Made by a program: the position numbers and the translations under genes. Below, one piece after another: positions 36,218 through 46,133 of a stretch of DNA of 64,000 nucleotides. The notes under the pieces are model-generated. The model had not been told where the DNA came from. It did no database searches and saw nothing but the letters and a program-made list of their open reading frames with translations. Source of the DNA: Synergistaceae bacterium (GTDB taxonomy: Bacteria; Synergistota; Synergistia; Synergistales; Aminobacteriaceae); contig JAFTCP010000116.1 in the NCBI GenBank assembly GCA_017454625.1, forward strand, positions 2,917 to 66,916, written 5' to 3'. Position 1 is the stretch's first letter; every line of letters starts with the position of its first letter.

Positions 36218-37429
36218 CTATACAACCTCTTGAATTTCCCATGTTCCAACTTCCCACGTTCCGGCCTGCTCTGTTGTGTTTTCCCATGTGTCGCTGCCTT
36301 CCCAAGTTTTTTGGGAACTCCAGCGCGGTATAGGCGGCTCATTTCCCCATGCTAAAGACGCTGTAAGTCCAATCTTCAAACCTGACGCGATGGGCTGCTG
36401 CTCTTTCTCCTCAGTCCATGTGTAATGTTCATCCCACGAATACATATCCCAATAAGGCCGTGCATCGTAGACAATGCCGATGAATGGAATTAAGCCGAAA
36501 ACAACGCCTGAATCTTCAAGCTCAAGCTCCGCCGGAAATGTGCTTTCAATTGTCAGACCGACGGGCCGGTAAAATCTGCGCGGGTCGTTCCATGTGAAGC
36601 CGCCCCAGTCTGAGGGAATTAGCCAAGTGTCAATGTCATCTTCAAGTTCAGCGAAAATTCCCGTCTCTGAGGCAATGCCGACTTCCTGCAACCTGTAAGG
36701 CATGCTTCCCCACGTTCCGAAATCCCAATATTGAATATCGCTAAGTGTCAAAATTCCGCGCTCGGTGAAACTGAACATTGGAGCTTCATCCTCAAACAAA
36801 GGGTTTGAAGGTGTCAGCATTCCCCAGTCATACCGCCGCCATTCGACATGTTCCCAGTTGCAAATATCCCAATAACAAATATGCTTCGTCATGTCGATTG
36901 GAATCGGCGCAACTGTCAGCTTTAATAGTTTTGAACGCGCGGGCTTCGTAAGCTCAATGATGCGGGTTAAAATTTCGTCCGTCTTAGGGCCGAGAAAATC
37001 AACGTTAATATGGTCGTCTTTGTAGTAGCCTCTGACGCTGAATGTATGCGGCTCTGTGCGTAATTCCGGCTCAAACCATTCCTTAATCGTGGGGACAAAG
37101 TTTAACTTTTCGAGTGCGCTGATTATCGCGGCTTTCGTGCCTTTCTTCCGATGCCACTTTATGGAGTCAAGAACAAGTTCACGCTTGGTTGCAAGCGGCA
37201 ATTCCGGCTCGTAAAAATCAACATGCCACTGCCATGCAAGCAGGTCAATAACATTTTCAGGAAGCTCATTAATCCGCGAAATAATAAAAGCCTCCCTGAT
37301 GTTTCGGGAGACTTCTTGCAATTGCGGGTCGGTCGCTTTGATTATTGCCTGTACGTTTTCGTCGCCTGCTATGGAACTGGGAATTATATCCTTCAAGGAG
37401 ATAACTTCCAGCTCTTTAGCCATCTTCAA
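36218..37429 (-). CDS. baseplate/tail protein, P2 gpI family with C-terminal extension
   Basis: LPENVIDLLAWQWHVDFYEP...KRELVLDSIKWHRKKGTKAAI is typical of tail_P2_I. Confidence 0.7.
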   Translation of the reverse strand: MKMAKELEVISLKDIIPSSIAGDENVQAIIKATDPQLQEVSRNIREAFIISRINELPENVIDLLAWQWHVDFYEPELPLATKRELVLDSIKWHRKKGTKAAIISALEKLNFVPTIKEWFEPELRTEPHTFSVRGYYKDDHINVDFLGPKTDEILTRIIELTKPARSKLLKLTVAPIPIDMTKHICYWDICNWEHVEWRRYDWGMLTPSNPLFEDEAPMFSFTERGILTLSDIQYWDFGTWGSMPYRLQEVGIASETGIFAELEDDIDTWLIPSDWGGFTWNDPRRFYRPVGLTIESTFPAELELEDSGVVFGLIPFIGIVYDARPYWDMYSWDEHYTWTEEKEQQPIASGLKIGLTASLAWGNEPPIPRWSSQKTWEGSDTWENTTEQAGTWEVGTWEIQEVV

Positions 37430-38555
37430 GCCCTCCGAATGTTATCGTCGTCGATGATGGAATTGCAAGCTGTGAAGCTGATAAAACCTTGAAAGCCGGT
37501 GAATTTATCTCTGTGCGTTTTGCTCCGGCGGCTATCATTCGGTGATTTAATTCGCTAGGGTTCAGGTCGCGCCCTAATTTTGAACGCTGCCATGTTACCC
37601 ACTCACGCACTGACGCTTCAATAGCCGCTTGAAGCTCCGTTGATTGTGTCGCTTTTGCACGGTCAATAAAATATTTCACGTTCAAAGCATAATTCACAAC
37701 TTCCGGCGCATGGACGCTCACGCAGTCTGTCAAGGGCCTCACGTCGTCAGCATTGCAGATTGAGAGCACCGTATCAAGCACCTCACGTGATGGCAATTCT
37801 CCGTTTCGCATGAGAGGATATATCCGCACATAACCCGCTTGTATATCGGGCGGCCCAACCACAGCCACATCAATAATATCCTGATGAGCACTCCTCGCAT
37901 AAAACTCATAAGCCCCGCGAGGCCCGGCAACTGAAAAACTTTCAGGCGCAATCTGTATTCGTTCTCTAAAATTTTCATCGTTCTCATCATCACTGCCTCC
38001 GTAAGTCTCTGTTGTGTTTATTACGGACATCTCAAACGGGAAAGGGTCAACAAGTTTCTTCAATTGGCCGATAACAAAACCATTGCCCTGACTTCCTGCC
38101 GTTGTGCATTCCGCTGTTATTAATGCTTCGGTGTCGCCCGCTGAAATTTCCCCCGCTTCAATTGTCGCAAAAATTATGTCTCCTCCGCCCGCTGATACGC
38201 GCGTGCCCGCAGGAATTGTTACAACTGACGCTTGAGCTTCGGAGAGAGCGAATTTCAGTATCGTCATTGCCTTTGACGCTTCAAGCCTCGTAACTTCGAG
38301 CAATGCCCCCAAGTGGTCGAGATAATCACCTTCAGCATAGGCCAATAAATTCTGTTTTGCCGCGTAATCGATGAGGCTTCGTTGATGAATGATGATAAGA
38401 ATAAAAGTGTTGAGCAATAATCTTATCGGGTCGCCTTTAGCAAGTGTGCGTTCTGAGAGCTGTTCATAAAGGGTGATAATTTCGCTCTCGATTTCTTCAG
38501 CGGACTTCTCAGCAAAAATTATGTCAGCAAGTCCGGGAAATAAATCACTCTTCAT
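37416..38555 (-). CDS. baseplate protein J
   Basis: gpJ-like pattern and position. The ATG at 38555 overlaps the gp25-like stop. Confidence 0.8.
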   Translation of the reverse strand: MKSDLFPGLADIIFAEKSAEEIESEIITLYEQLSERTLAKGDPIRLLLNTFILIIIHQRSLIDYAAKQNLLAYAEGDYLDHLGALLEVTRLEASKAMTILKFALSEAQASVVTIPAGTRVSAGGGDIIFATIEAGEISAGDTEALITAECTTAGSQGNGFVIGQLKKLVDPFPFEMSVINTTETYGGSDDENDENFRERIQIAPESFSVAGPRGAYEFYARSAHQDIIDVAVVGPPDIQAGYVRIYPLMRNGELPSREVLDTVLSICNADDVRPLTDCVSVHAPEVVNYALNVKYFIDRAKATQSTELQAAIEASVREWVTWQRSKLGRDLNPSELNHRMIAAGAKRTEINSPAFKVLSASQLAIPSSTTITFGGLEDG

Positions 38556-38865
38556 TAATCTCAATCCTCACTCTCGCGGTTAATTTTCCGTCAACATCGC
38601 CGTCAAAACTTATCTTCTTAACTCGACATCGCGGCTCATATTTCCTGATGGCCTGTGTAAGTTCAGCCTGTAATGTCGCAATCGCTTTCGGAGTCGGACG
38701 GTCAAGCATCACGGCTTCAACTCCGAAAAGTCTGTCCAAAGGCACGCTGTATTTCGTCGTTGTGCAAATCGTCCTGACATTCTGCGCAACCTCCTCAATC
38801 AAGTTCTCAGGCGCAAAATTTATCTCCTGTTGTGAGGCTAATACTTCAATTTCCATTGGCCTCAA
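38545..38865 (-). CDS. baseplate wedge protein (GPW/gp25 family)
   Basis: 106 aa with YSVPLDRLFGVE...QAELTQAIRKYEPR, typical of gp25-like proteins. Confidence 0.75.
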   Translation of the reverse strand: MRPMEIEVLASQQEINFAPENLIEEVAQNVRTICTTTKYSVPLDRLFGVEAVMLDRPTPKAIATLQAELTQAIRKYEPRCRVKKISFDGDVDGKLTARVRIEINEE

Positions 38866-39256
38866 CCTCGATATATTCTTTCAGCTTTAACGAAACTTCG
38901 ACAGCTATTGAAGTCCCGCGATTATCAATAATTTCATAGTTTTCATCTAATCCCTCTAACACCCACAGCCCATCACCCTGCGGCTCACCGTCGAGGATAA
39001 AGGGCACGGCCTGATGTTTGTTCAGAATGTCATGTAACGAGTTCAGCTCCTCTTTTGGGTTTATTCCAAGCCCAGCGTCTAATCTTATGCTGAGGCTCAT
39101 TGATGCCGGTGCAAGCCCTGTGAACTCTAAAAGGCTTTTGCGCCCGTGAATTGAATGCTCTGAATATTTCGCGCTTCTTTGTATCTGCAAGTCCCGAAAA
39201 GTTCTCACCTTATCCGATGAGACTTCAAAGACTACTTCGCCGAGTGAACCTATCAT
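38846..39256 (-). CDS. phage tail protein (P2 GpU-like fold family)
   Basis: 136 aa with GEVVFEVSSDKVRTFRDLQIQRSAKYSEH...LEFTG...PFILDG. Confidence 0.45.
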   Translation of the reverse strand: MIGSLGEVVFEVSSDKVRTFRDLQIQRSAKYSEHSIHGRKSLLEFTGLAPASMSLSIRLDAGLGINPKEELNSLHDILNKHQAVPFILDGEPQGDGLWVLEGLDENYEIIDNRGTSIAVEVSLKLKEYIEVEANGN

Positions 39257-39262
39257 GAAGTA

Positions 39263-39565
39263 TTAATCCCCCGCAAAAACATTTTCACTCCCAGTTGCAA
39301 CGCTTGAGCCACAAGAAACAGGATCGCCGATACGTCCGAGCTGTCTATTATTCACATATACTGAGCCGCTTCCTGATGAAAGAACTCCGCCGTGTGAACC
39401 ATGCGGGACTTCTGGATGTGTGCAGGTATGAACTGCCCAGCCGTCGCCTAATCTGTGAACGGGTAAGCCGTTACAAAACACGTTAGGGCTTCCTTCTATG
39501 CTTTCACGAGGAGGGAAGCATTCATGACCTGTGCATATATCGCCTTGTCTGGTTACTGCTGGCAT
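39263..39565 (-). CDS. PAAR-domain spike tip protein
   Basis: PAAR-like repeats (GDICTGHE, HRLGDGW, RIGDPVSCGS). Confidence 0.75.
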   Translation of the reverse strand: MPAVTRQGDICTGHECFPPRESIEGSPNVFCNGLPVHRLGDGWAVHTCTHPEVPHGSHGGVLSSGSGSVYVNNRQLGRIGDPVSCGSSVATGSENVFAGD

Positions 39566-39732
39566 TTCTCCCATTCCTCTCTTATGCGTTCTGCTCTTTG
39601 TTCGTGCCATTGCTTTAACAAAAATTCAATACAGGCTTGATTACGCTTCACCTGAAAATAAACTTGTGCAAGTATCGAAAGCGTTATCAAAGAGAAACAT
39701 ACTGTGAATACTGCTAATCCTGTTATCTGCAT
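39553..39732 (-). CDS. small single-TM protein
   Basis: ~59-aa ORF between the gpV and PAAR genes with a hydrophobic N-terminus (ITGLAVFTVCFSLITLSILAQVYF). Confidence 0.3.
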   Translation of the reverse strand: MQITGLAVFTVCFSLITLSILAQVYFQVKRNQACIEFLLKQWHEQRAERIREEWEKCQQ

Positions 39733-39743
39733 AAAAATCTCTC

Positions 39744-40196
39744 CTAATTCCAATCTATTCGCTTTGCTGTCAGTTTAATATTATCGTCAGCAAAGATATT
39801 TATGTGGCCTTTAGCGTGTATCTCAATATCTCCGACGCTTTCAATTTTCAATAAGTGATTTTCTCGGTCATAGAGAATTTCTGTGCCGTCATCAAACGTA
39901 ACTTTGCGCGTGTCCTTATCTCCTAAAGGCGGCTTGTTTTTATCGTCGTAAATTGAGCAAAGCACAACACCACTTTCAAGTCCGTTGCCCATCATGTTGC
40001 AATAAACATGCTCGCCAATATCAAGATGAACTTCGTCCTTGTTTTTCTGGGAATTTGGGACAGCAACAGGAAGCCACGCTGAAACTAAATCGCCTTTATC
40101 GGGAAATTTTATACGTGCCATATGCCTCACTGGGTCATAGTCCGAAACATAACCAAACCGTCCGTGCGCTCCTGCTTCTTCATCGTTATTTGTCAT
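39744..40196 (-). CDS. baseplate assembly protein V / central spike
   Basis: gpV-like OB-fold N-terminus (GYVSDYDPVRHMARIKFPDKGDLVSAWLPV) and a beta-helix tail. Confidence 0.7.
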   Translation of the reverse strand: MTNNDEEAGAHGRFGYVSDYDPVRHMARIKFPDKGDLVSAWLPVAVPNSQKNKDEVHLDIGEHVYCNMMGNGLESGVVLCSIYDDKNKPPLGDKDTRKVTFDDGTEILYDRENHLLKIESVGDIEIHAKGHINIFADDNIKLTAKRIDWN

Positions 40197-41328
40197 TGGG
40201 AATTAATACCTGCCTTTCTCCGAAATATACGTTACTCACTGTGTCCGTAGTAGTGATGCGTCTGTTGTGTTTCTTAGCCTTTGATTTCTTTTTCTTGCGA
40301 GATTTCTTCTTAGCTTCTTTTCCCATGCTCAAATCAAGTTTCGTAGTGTATGAGCCGCTGATGCTGTGCGTCGCCTTCTCAATCACATATTCACCGTCGA
40401 ACGCGCCAAATCCAGAGATTTTTACGTTACTGCCTCCGACAAATCGCAGGTCTCCCATTAAAGTAATATTGCCCGTGATTTCGCGTTTATTGGCCTTGCG
40501 TAATTTCTCCTTCGCAATTTTCTTAGCGTCCGCAATTGTGTCGGCTTTCTGGTTAATCTCAAGCGTCCGGCCTGTGCCCTCTGCGTCGTCGTTCTCTTCG
40601 ACATCGAAAGTTTCATCCTTAACGGGATCGTGATACTGCAACTTCGCGGCTTTATAAGTTCCGGCGGCCTTACTTGAAAAACTCCAGCTGATTAACTTTT
40701 TATCGCCGAATGAAAACTCACCAACCGGCGAATGCTGCTCGTATTCCTCTTCGCCGTAACAAACAAGCTGTGTATCCGTAACTTTTACAGCAATTCCGTA
40801 ATCGCGTGCAAGCCCTGAAAAAAATTCCAAGTCCGATGTTTCGACCTGATCGCGCCGCTCAAAAAATGGGTCATCTTTGCAATCCCAAAACAATGAAAGC
40901 CCGTTTTTTCCTGCAACGTCTCCGGCAATCGTGGAGAGCTTCACATTTTCCCATGCCTTTGTGTGTTTTTCCTGACGCATGGGCTTTGATACGAGCGTAG
41001 AAATTGCTTTTATCGTTACCTGATTGGGCGGGCCTGAACAATCTATTTGGTCAACCTCAAACGTTCCGCACGGTAAAGATTGAGTTCTGTTGACAGCCTC
41101 CCAGTCATGAACGACTATGCTTACCTTGATTTTGTCGCCCTTCGTCGGAAACCAGTCATTAACCCAGAGCCTTTCGCGGTCTTCAAGGCTGAATGAAATA
41201 TCATCGGCCTTATCTTTTGCGTTATCCGTGTATGTGAAGCTCAGCAAATACGGGGCTATATCCCTTGAGATGTTCACGCCTTCGTAATAGATTACGACTT
41301 CAGCCCATCTTGCCTGGTGTGCGTCCAT
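40186..41328 (-). CDS. late control protein D (gpD) family tail protein
   Basis: 380 aa, positioned between gpX and gpV, with a gpD-like sequence pattern. Confidence 0.7.
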   Translation of the reverse strand: MDAHQARWAEVVIYYEGVNISRDIAPYLLSFTYTDNAKDKADDISFSLEDRERLWVNDWFPTKGDKIKVSIVVHDWEAVNRTQSLPCGTFEVDQIDCSGPPNQVTIKAISTLVSKPMRQEKHTKAWENVKLSTIAGDVAGKNGLSLFWDCKDDPFFERRDQVETSDLEFFSGLARDYGIAVKVTDTQLVCYGEEEYEQHSPVGEFSFGDKKLISWSFSSKAAGTYKAAKLQYHDPVKDETFDVEENDDAEGTGRTLEINQKADTIADAKKIAKEKLRKANKREITGNITLMGDLRFVGGSNVKISGFGAFDGEYVIEKATHSISGSYTTKLDLSMGKEAKKKSRKKKKSKAKKHNRRITTTDTVSNVYFGERQVLIPNDK

Positions 41329-41335
41329 GTGTCAA

Positions 41336-41545
41336 TTACCTCTTCCATGCTGGCAGGCTGGAAATCACCGGCACTGAAACTTCGGGAATGTTCAAGATTA
41401 CATTAGCTGGAAAAATCACCGTGTGTATGTGTTCAGGATTATATTCAAGGAGAAAATCCATGAGCTGCTCGGCTCCGATTTTTGGGTACATTCTCAGCGC
41501 AATTAAATCCCACGTGTCGCCCTGTTCTGTCCTGTAAGTTCTCAC
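41336..41545 (-). CDS. tail protein X (LysM-like)
   Basis: YRTEQGDTWDLIALRMY...ANVILNIPE is typical of P2 gpX. Confidence 0.75.
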   Translation of the reverse strand: MRTYRTEQGDTWDLIALRMYPKIGAEQLMDFLLEYNPEHIHTVIFPANVILNIPEVSVPVISSLPAWKR

Positions 41546-44500
41546 TTGAAAGTTGTCCTCTCTATATCATTCTTTATGTCGTATAAAGTATCCTCAATAA
41601 TCTGCCGAAATCTCTGCTCAATGCCCAGCTCGCCCCCGTTGACCGTGATGTTGTAGACCGGCGAGAAATTCATTGAACTGTTGCGGTTATGCCTTTGGCG
41701 CGCTACGCTAACATTATTAGTCGTTGTGTTTCCGAACAATAATCCCATTTCCTCGCCTGCCGCTTTCCACAGGGGAATTCCGCGTGCTTTATTTTCGAGT
41801 GGGATAACTGCCTCGCGTCCGGCCTCACCGATTAAAGCAATTTCTGGTTGTGTGATTATTCCGCCTTTTGCACGTTTTCTGCCTCCCCATGTGCCTCCGA
41901 CTGTCTGACTGTAGCTTGTATTTATTGAAGTAGCTGGTGTCCTGACTTCAACTTCAAGCATTCCAGCCTGCACGATTGAGGATATTTCAGTTGCAATTTT
42001 GCTCAAAGCACCGGCCAATTCATTAATTGCGGGGATCGTTACGCCGCGAATTTTATCGGCTATGCCCTGCATTGTGTTGTAAATTTGCTCGAAACCTTCA
42101 CCGAGTGAAGCCTTGAACGGCTGCCATGCTGATGTCATTTCGGCCACACGCTGGGAAAATTCCTCGCTCATCTTGTTTAAGGCCGTGATGTCCTGTATCT
42201 GTGTCTGTAAATCTTCCGCGCCGGTGTCGAAGCCGAAAAGCTCCTTCGTCCATTTCCAAGCTCCAGAAACATACTCAGAAGCCGTGTTCCATGTATCTTT
42301 AATGAAGCCCGTTACACCATTCCAAGCACCTTTTATTGTGTCGCAAACAGCCGCAAATCCAGATGAAAGAGTATCCCAGAAACCTGAAAAATCCATGTGA
42401 AGAAATCCCTTTAGCTTCTCAAAACCCGCGCTGACTAATCCGCTTGCAACATTCCAGCCTTCAACTAAAGCGTTCCACGAAAACTTCAGGACAGGAGAAA
42501 TTACCTTGCCGACAATTATGCTTCGCGCTTGCTCATAAGCAGTTACTGTTCCGTCCCATATCTTGGCGAGTTTCTCGGAGGCTAGGTTTTTCACGGTCTC
42601 AACTGTTGCGCTAAACTTGTCCCATACAGCTTTACCTTTCTCCAATAATGGCGAGAATACATCCGCAAACGACCACGAATCCCACCATGCTTTGAGGCTA
42701 TCCCATTTTTCAATTACATACTCTTCTGCGCTTTCGACATATCCCTTGACGGGTGCAAAAACATCCCAGATTGTCCAAGAGTCCCACCATTCCCAGAAAT
42801 CATTCCAAAGCTGTTTGACGTATGACCATGCACGAGCCGCGTAATCTTTTACCACAGCAAAGACATCTTTTAGCGTCCATGAGTTCCACCATGCTTTTAT
42901 CTTGTCCCAGTTCTTATAAAGCAAATATCCTGCCGCTATTGCTCCTGCTATTGCTGTAATAAGTAAGCCGATAGGGTTTGCGTTCATGGCAGCATTCCAT
43001 AACCATTGGGCGGCTGTCCATGCTTTAGTTGCTCCAGCGATTAATAACTGTTTCGTGTAATACAGAGCAAGTTTTCCAGCATCAAGTAAACCTCTTCCGG
43101 CTTTCATTACGAGCTGCCACGATTTTTGAGCCGCTGATAATATTTTTGTCTTTGCCGCAGTCAAAATAGAGGTCTGGCCTAATATGATTAGTTTTGCATT
43201 AGCTAAATCCATAGCAACACGTACACTCTGAAACGGAAGTTTTATTCCTAACCACGCATATTTTAAGGCCGTAATTCCAACATTAAGGGCGGCTATTGCA
43301 CTGACAGTTCCGATTATTAGCTTCGTCGCTTCGGGGTGTTCATTCGCTAATTTCCCTAAGCTGGCCGTCCATTCTGCGAAGGTCTTTACAATTTCTTCAA
43401 CAGACGGTAAAAGCACATTACCGATGGTTATCATGAGGTCGCTGATTGCGGATTTCGCAAGCTCCTTTTGTCCCCAGAATGTTGCAAGCACCTTATCCGC
43501 CATCTCCTTGCTGACACCCGTAGCACTATTCGCAACTTTTGAATATTCATCGTAAAGGCCGTTGGTCATACCCTGCATTAAGGCTTGAACTGCCTGCGCC
43601 CCATCCTTGCCGAAAATCTTAGTCAAGGCTTTCAACTGGTCAGGCGGTTTCATATCCTTCATCGCATTGTTCAGGTCTGCAAGTATCATATTGAAGTCTC
43701 GCATTTGCCCTTTGTCGTTTAAGAGAGCTATGCTATATGAATTCAATGCTTTCTGTACTTCTTTGGGCTTATCTTTCATGCGGGCGAATGCCTGTGTCAA
43801 CATTTTATCGGCTTCCGCTCCCTTGATGCTGTTTTGAGCTAGCATAGACGTATAGACGCTCAAATCTCCGAATGATATTCCCAAAGACCGCGCATATTTA
43901 TCGGCCTTCTCCATTCCAGCGCGTAAATCCTCGATGCTTACACCTGTGTGTTTGCTCATGGCTTGAAGCTGTCCACTCGACTCACGATTAAGCTGTGTCA
44001 ATTTTTGCAGTGAACCGTCAACTGCGGCTTCCATTACTGCGAGCATTCCGGAGGCAGCTTCACTTCCGAATATGTTGCTGAGATATTTCATCTTATCCGC
44101 TGAACCCATATTCTTCATTTTGTTACTCAGAGCTTGCATTAGTTCGGGCATCTCACGCATATTCCCTTGTGCATCTCGCGCGCTGATACCTAACTGAGCG
44201 AGAGCTTTAGCAACTGCCTTCGGTTCTTTGCTCAATCTCAAAAATGCCGCCCGCAATGCCGTACCGCCTTGACTGCCCTTAATTCCTGCATTAGCCATGA
44301 TACCAAGCATCGCGTTTGTCTCTTCAACCGAAACTCCTAAACCTTTTGCAACAGGCGCAACGTATTTCAAACTTTCGCCCAATCCTGTAATGCTTGAATT
44401 ACTAGCCGCGCTTGTCTGTGCAAGAATATTGCTTACACGGCTTGCATCCTTCGCTTCAAGTCCGAAACCCCGCAATGAACTCGCCATGATGTCAGCCGCT

Positions 44501-45348
44501 GTTGGTAAATCCATTCCCTCAGCCGCCGCCATATCGAGCAATCCTGGCATTGCCGCTATAATTTCATTCGCGTCGAAACCGGCACGAGCCAAATTTTCCT
44601 GAGATTGTGCCGCCTGAACCGCCGTGAATTGTGTATCTCGTCCGAGTTGTCTCGCTTGTGCTTGAAGTTTCTTGAACGATTTTGCATCTTCTACAGCGTT
44701 TCGTCCGCCTCCTGAAAATGCTACAGCGTTCAAACGAGCGGCGGCATGTTCAAACTCTGCGGCCTGCATTACTGGTGCGCCCAAACTCAGGCCAATTCCA
44801 GCGGCTTTTATCAAATCACCCTTGACGTTATCCCATGATAATTTTTGTCTCGTCTCCTGAAGTGCGGCGCGGGAATTTTGCAATCGTGTCTGTGCATTTG
44901 CAAGTTTCTGGGACTGTTGCATAAGTCTTGACTGCTCTGACGCAAGATGATTTGTATCTACTCCTGCACCCTTCAGCTCAGTGCGTAACTCTCCGAGTTT
45001 CTTTCTCTGACTGCCTAATGCGACCTCAAGGCGATGTGCCTCCTGCTGAGCGGCCGTGAACTGTTTCTTCAAAGCGGCTGTAGGTGTCCCCGCAGACTTC
45101 ATCTGCTGGCCGAGTTCCTTCACTCGCATTCGCGCGGCATTCAGCTTCTCCGATCCCTGCTGAACAGCCCCCTGCATTTTCTGGTACGCGCTTATCTGAC
45201 CAGATACTTTTTGCAAACTTGAAGTCTGCTTCTGTAATTCACCGAGTGCATGCACTGCTTTTCCGAATGTTCCAGAAAAACTACCGGCCAATGCCGCACC
45301 GATCGCAAAAGTCATTTCGACCATATTATTAGCCATTGGGGAAATCAC
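41542..45348 (-). CDS. tail tape measure protein
   Basis: 1268 aa, helical and Ala/Gln-rich, with a central TMP core (GESLKYVAPVAKGLG) and W-rich repeats. It lies downstream of gpE/E'. Confidence 0.85.
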   Translation of the reverse strand: MISPMANNMVEMTFAIGAALAGSFSGTFGKAVHALGELQKQTSSLQKVSGQISAYQKMQGAVQQGSEKLNAARMRVKELGQQMKSAGTPTAALKKQFTAAQQEAHRLEVALGSQRKKLGELRTELKGAGVDTNHLASEQSRLMQQSQKLANAQTRLQNSRAALQETRQKLSWDNVKGDLIKAAGIGLSLGAPVMQAAEFEHAAARLNAVAFSGGGRNAVEDAKSFKKLQAQARQLGRDTQFTAVQAAQSQENLARAGFDANEIIAAMPGLLDMAAAEGMDLPTAADIMASSLRGFGLEAKDASRVSNILAQTSAASNSSITGLGESLKYVAPVAKGLGVSVEETNAMLGIMANAGIKGSQGGTALRAAFLRLSKEPKAVAKALAQLGISARDAQGNMREMPELMQALSNKMKNMGSADKMKYLSNIFGSEAASGMLAVMEAAVDGSLQKLTQLNRESSGQLQAMSKHTGVSIEDLRAGMEKADKYARSLGISFGDLSVYTSMLAQNSIKGAEADKMLTQAFARMKDKPKEVQKALNSYSIALLNDKGQMRDFNMILADLNNAMKDMKPPDQLKALTKIFGKDGAQAVQALMQGMTNGLYDEYSKVANSATGVSKEMADKVLATFWGQKELAKSAISDLMITIGNVLLPSVEEIVKTFAEWTASLGKLANEHPEATKLIIGTVSAIAALNVGITALKYAWLGIKLPFQSVRVAMDLANAKLIILGQTSILTAAKTKILSAAQKSWQLVMKAGRGLLDAGKLALYYTKQLLIAGATKAWTAAQWLWNAAMNANPIGLLITAIAGAIAAGYLLYKNWDKIKAWWNSWTLKDVFAVVKDYAARAWSYVKQLWNDFWEWWDSWTIWDVFAPVKGYVESAEEYVIEKWDSLKAWWDSWSFADVFSPLLEKGKAVWDKFSATVETVKNLASEKLAKIWDGTVTAYEQARSIIVGKVISPVLKFSWNALVEGWNVASGLVSAGFEKLKGFLHMDFSGFWDTLSSGFAAVCDTIKGAWNGVTGFIKDTWNTASEYVSGAWKWTKELFGFDTGAEDLQTQIQDITALNKMSEEFSQRVAEMTSAWQPFKASLGEGFEQIYNTMQGIADKIRGVTIPAINELAGALSKIATEISSIVQAGMLEVEVRTPATSINTSYSQTVGGTWGGRKRAKGGIITQPEIALIGEAGREAVIPLENKARGIPLWKAAGEEMGLLFGNTTTNNVSVARQRHNRNSSMNFSPVYNITVNGGELGIEQRFRQIIEDTLYDIKNDIERTTFK

Positions 45349-45354
45349 CTGCCT

Positions 45355-45839
45355 TTATTTCTGATTTTTCTTCATCTCGCGCTCTAAACGTTTTGCCTCA
45401 TCGCTGACGATATTAACCCACTCAAATAAATCTGTAAGTGTCATCCTCAGCCATTCAATAACGGGCGTTCCTATGTCCGCGCGGGCTAATCTCACTGCTA
45501 TTCGCCGGAGAATGTTTCGAGGGGCTTCTCCGGAATTTCTTCTTCCTCGTTCTCGTCGGAGTCCGAAAGTGTCAAAAAATTACGTACCTCGTTAGTGATT
45601 TTTGTGAAGTCCTTCGCGCTCGTGAACTTCAAAATTTCTACGGGAATATGTGCCGCTTTTGCCGCAATGTTAATCAAATATGTCTTGTTGAAATCCGTAA
45701 CAAAAGGGACTTCCCCCGTTTGCATAAGCTGTTTCTCGACATCGATTAAGTCATTACCTGTCAGTTCTTCAAGCGGCATGTCGAGCGTGAAAATCTCCTG
45801 CCCCTTGTGTTTTATTGCTTTACTGAGTTTTATTTTCAT
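45355..45839 (-). CDS. tail assembly chaperone gpE+E' (-1 programmed frameshift product)
   Basis: The -1 frame is open from the slippery heptamer to TAA at 45355-45357 (...IEWLRMTLTDLFEWVNIVSDEAKRLEREMKKNQK). Confidence 0.6.
45498..45839 (-). CDS. tail assembly chaperone gpE
   Basis: 113-aa acidic-tailed protein immediately upstream of the tape measure gene. Confidence 0.7.
   Translation of the reverse strand: MKIKLSKAIKHKGQEIFTLDMPLEELTGNDLIDVEKQLMQTGEVPFVTDFNKTYLINIAAKAAHIPVEILKFTSAKDFTKITNEVRNFLTLSDSDENEEEEIPEKPLETFSGE
45573..45579 (-). other. T-TTT-TTG slippery heptamer for the E/E' frameshift
   Basis: In the gpE frame the sequence reads AA[T TTT TTG] ACA. This is the heptamer I recall for P2 E/E'. 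Confidence 0.6.
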
Positions 45840-45853
45840 TGTTAAGCCTCCTG

Positions 45854-46133
45854 TTACGATTTTCCGAGTGCAGTCCTGACATCCGCAAGCTGGTCTACTC
45901 CGTTCACTTTGTAGATGTAGTTGTATTTATCAAGCTCAATCCACTCTTTGCCGTCAAGCTCTATCTTCATGTACGGGACTTCAAATTCCATCTGCGTATC
46001 CATTAAGTCGCCGACTACAAGATTGCCGGGCGTGCGGGTCTTCGTTATAGCCTTCATGTACACGTGAAGCTGTACCTTTTTGTACTCGCCAAGTCCCGCG
46101 TCGTACCATTGCAACGCAGAAAAAAGCTCTAAA
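45854..46133 (-). pseudogene. tail tube protein (P2 FII-like), C-terminal ~94 aa only
   Basis: ...MKIELDGKEWIELDKYNYIYKVNGVDQLADVRTALGKS matches the FII C-terminus. Upstream of ~46134 the same frame is merely the out-of-frame reading of the sheath gene. Confidence 0.6.

Noticed and set aside
39953-40633. 226-aa + strand ORF spanning gpV/gpD
   Set aside because: It is antisense to two well-supported baseplate genes, has no motifs and an implausible composition.
41681-45332. Numerous + strand ORFs within the tape measure gene
   Set aside because: They are antisense to a 1268-aa ORF that clearly encodes a tape measure, and their translations are Ala/Ser/Pro-rich and low in complexity.
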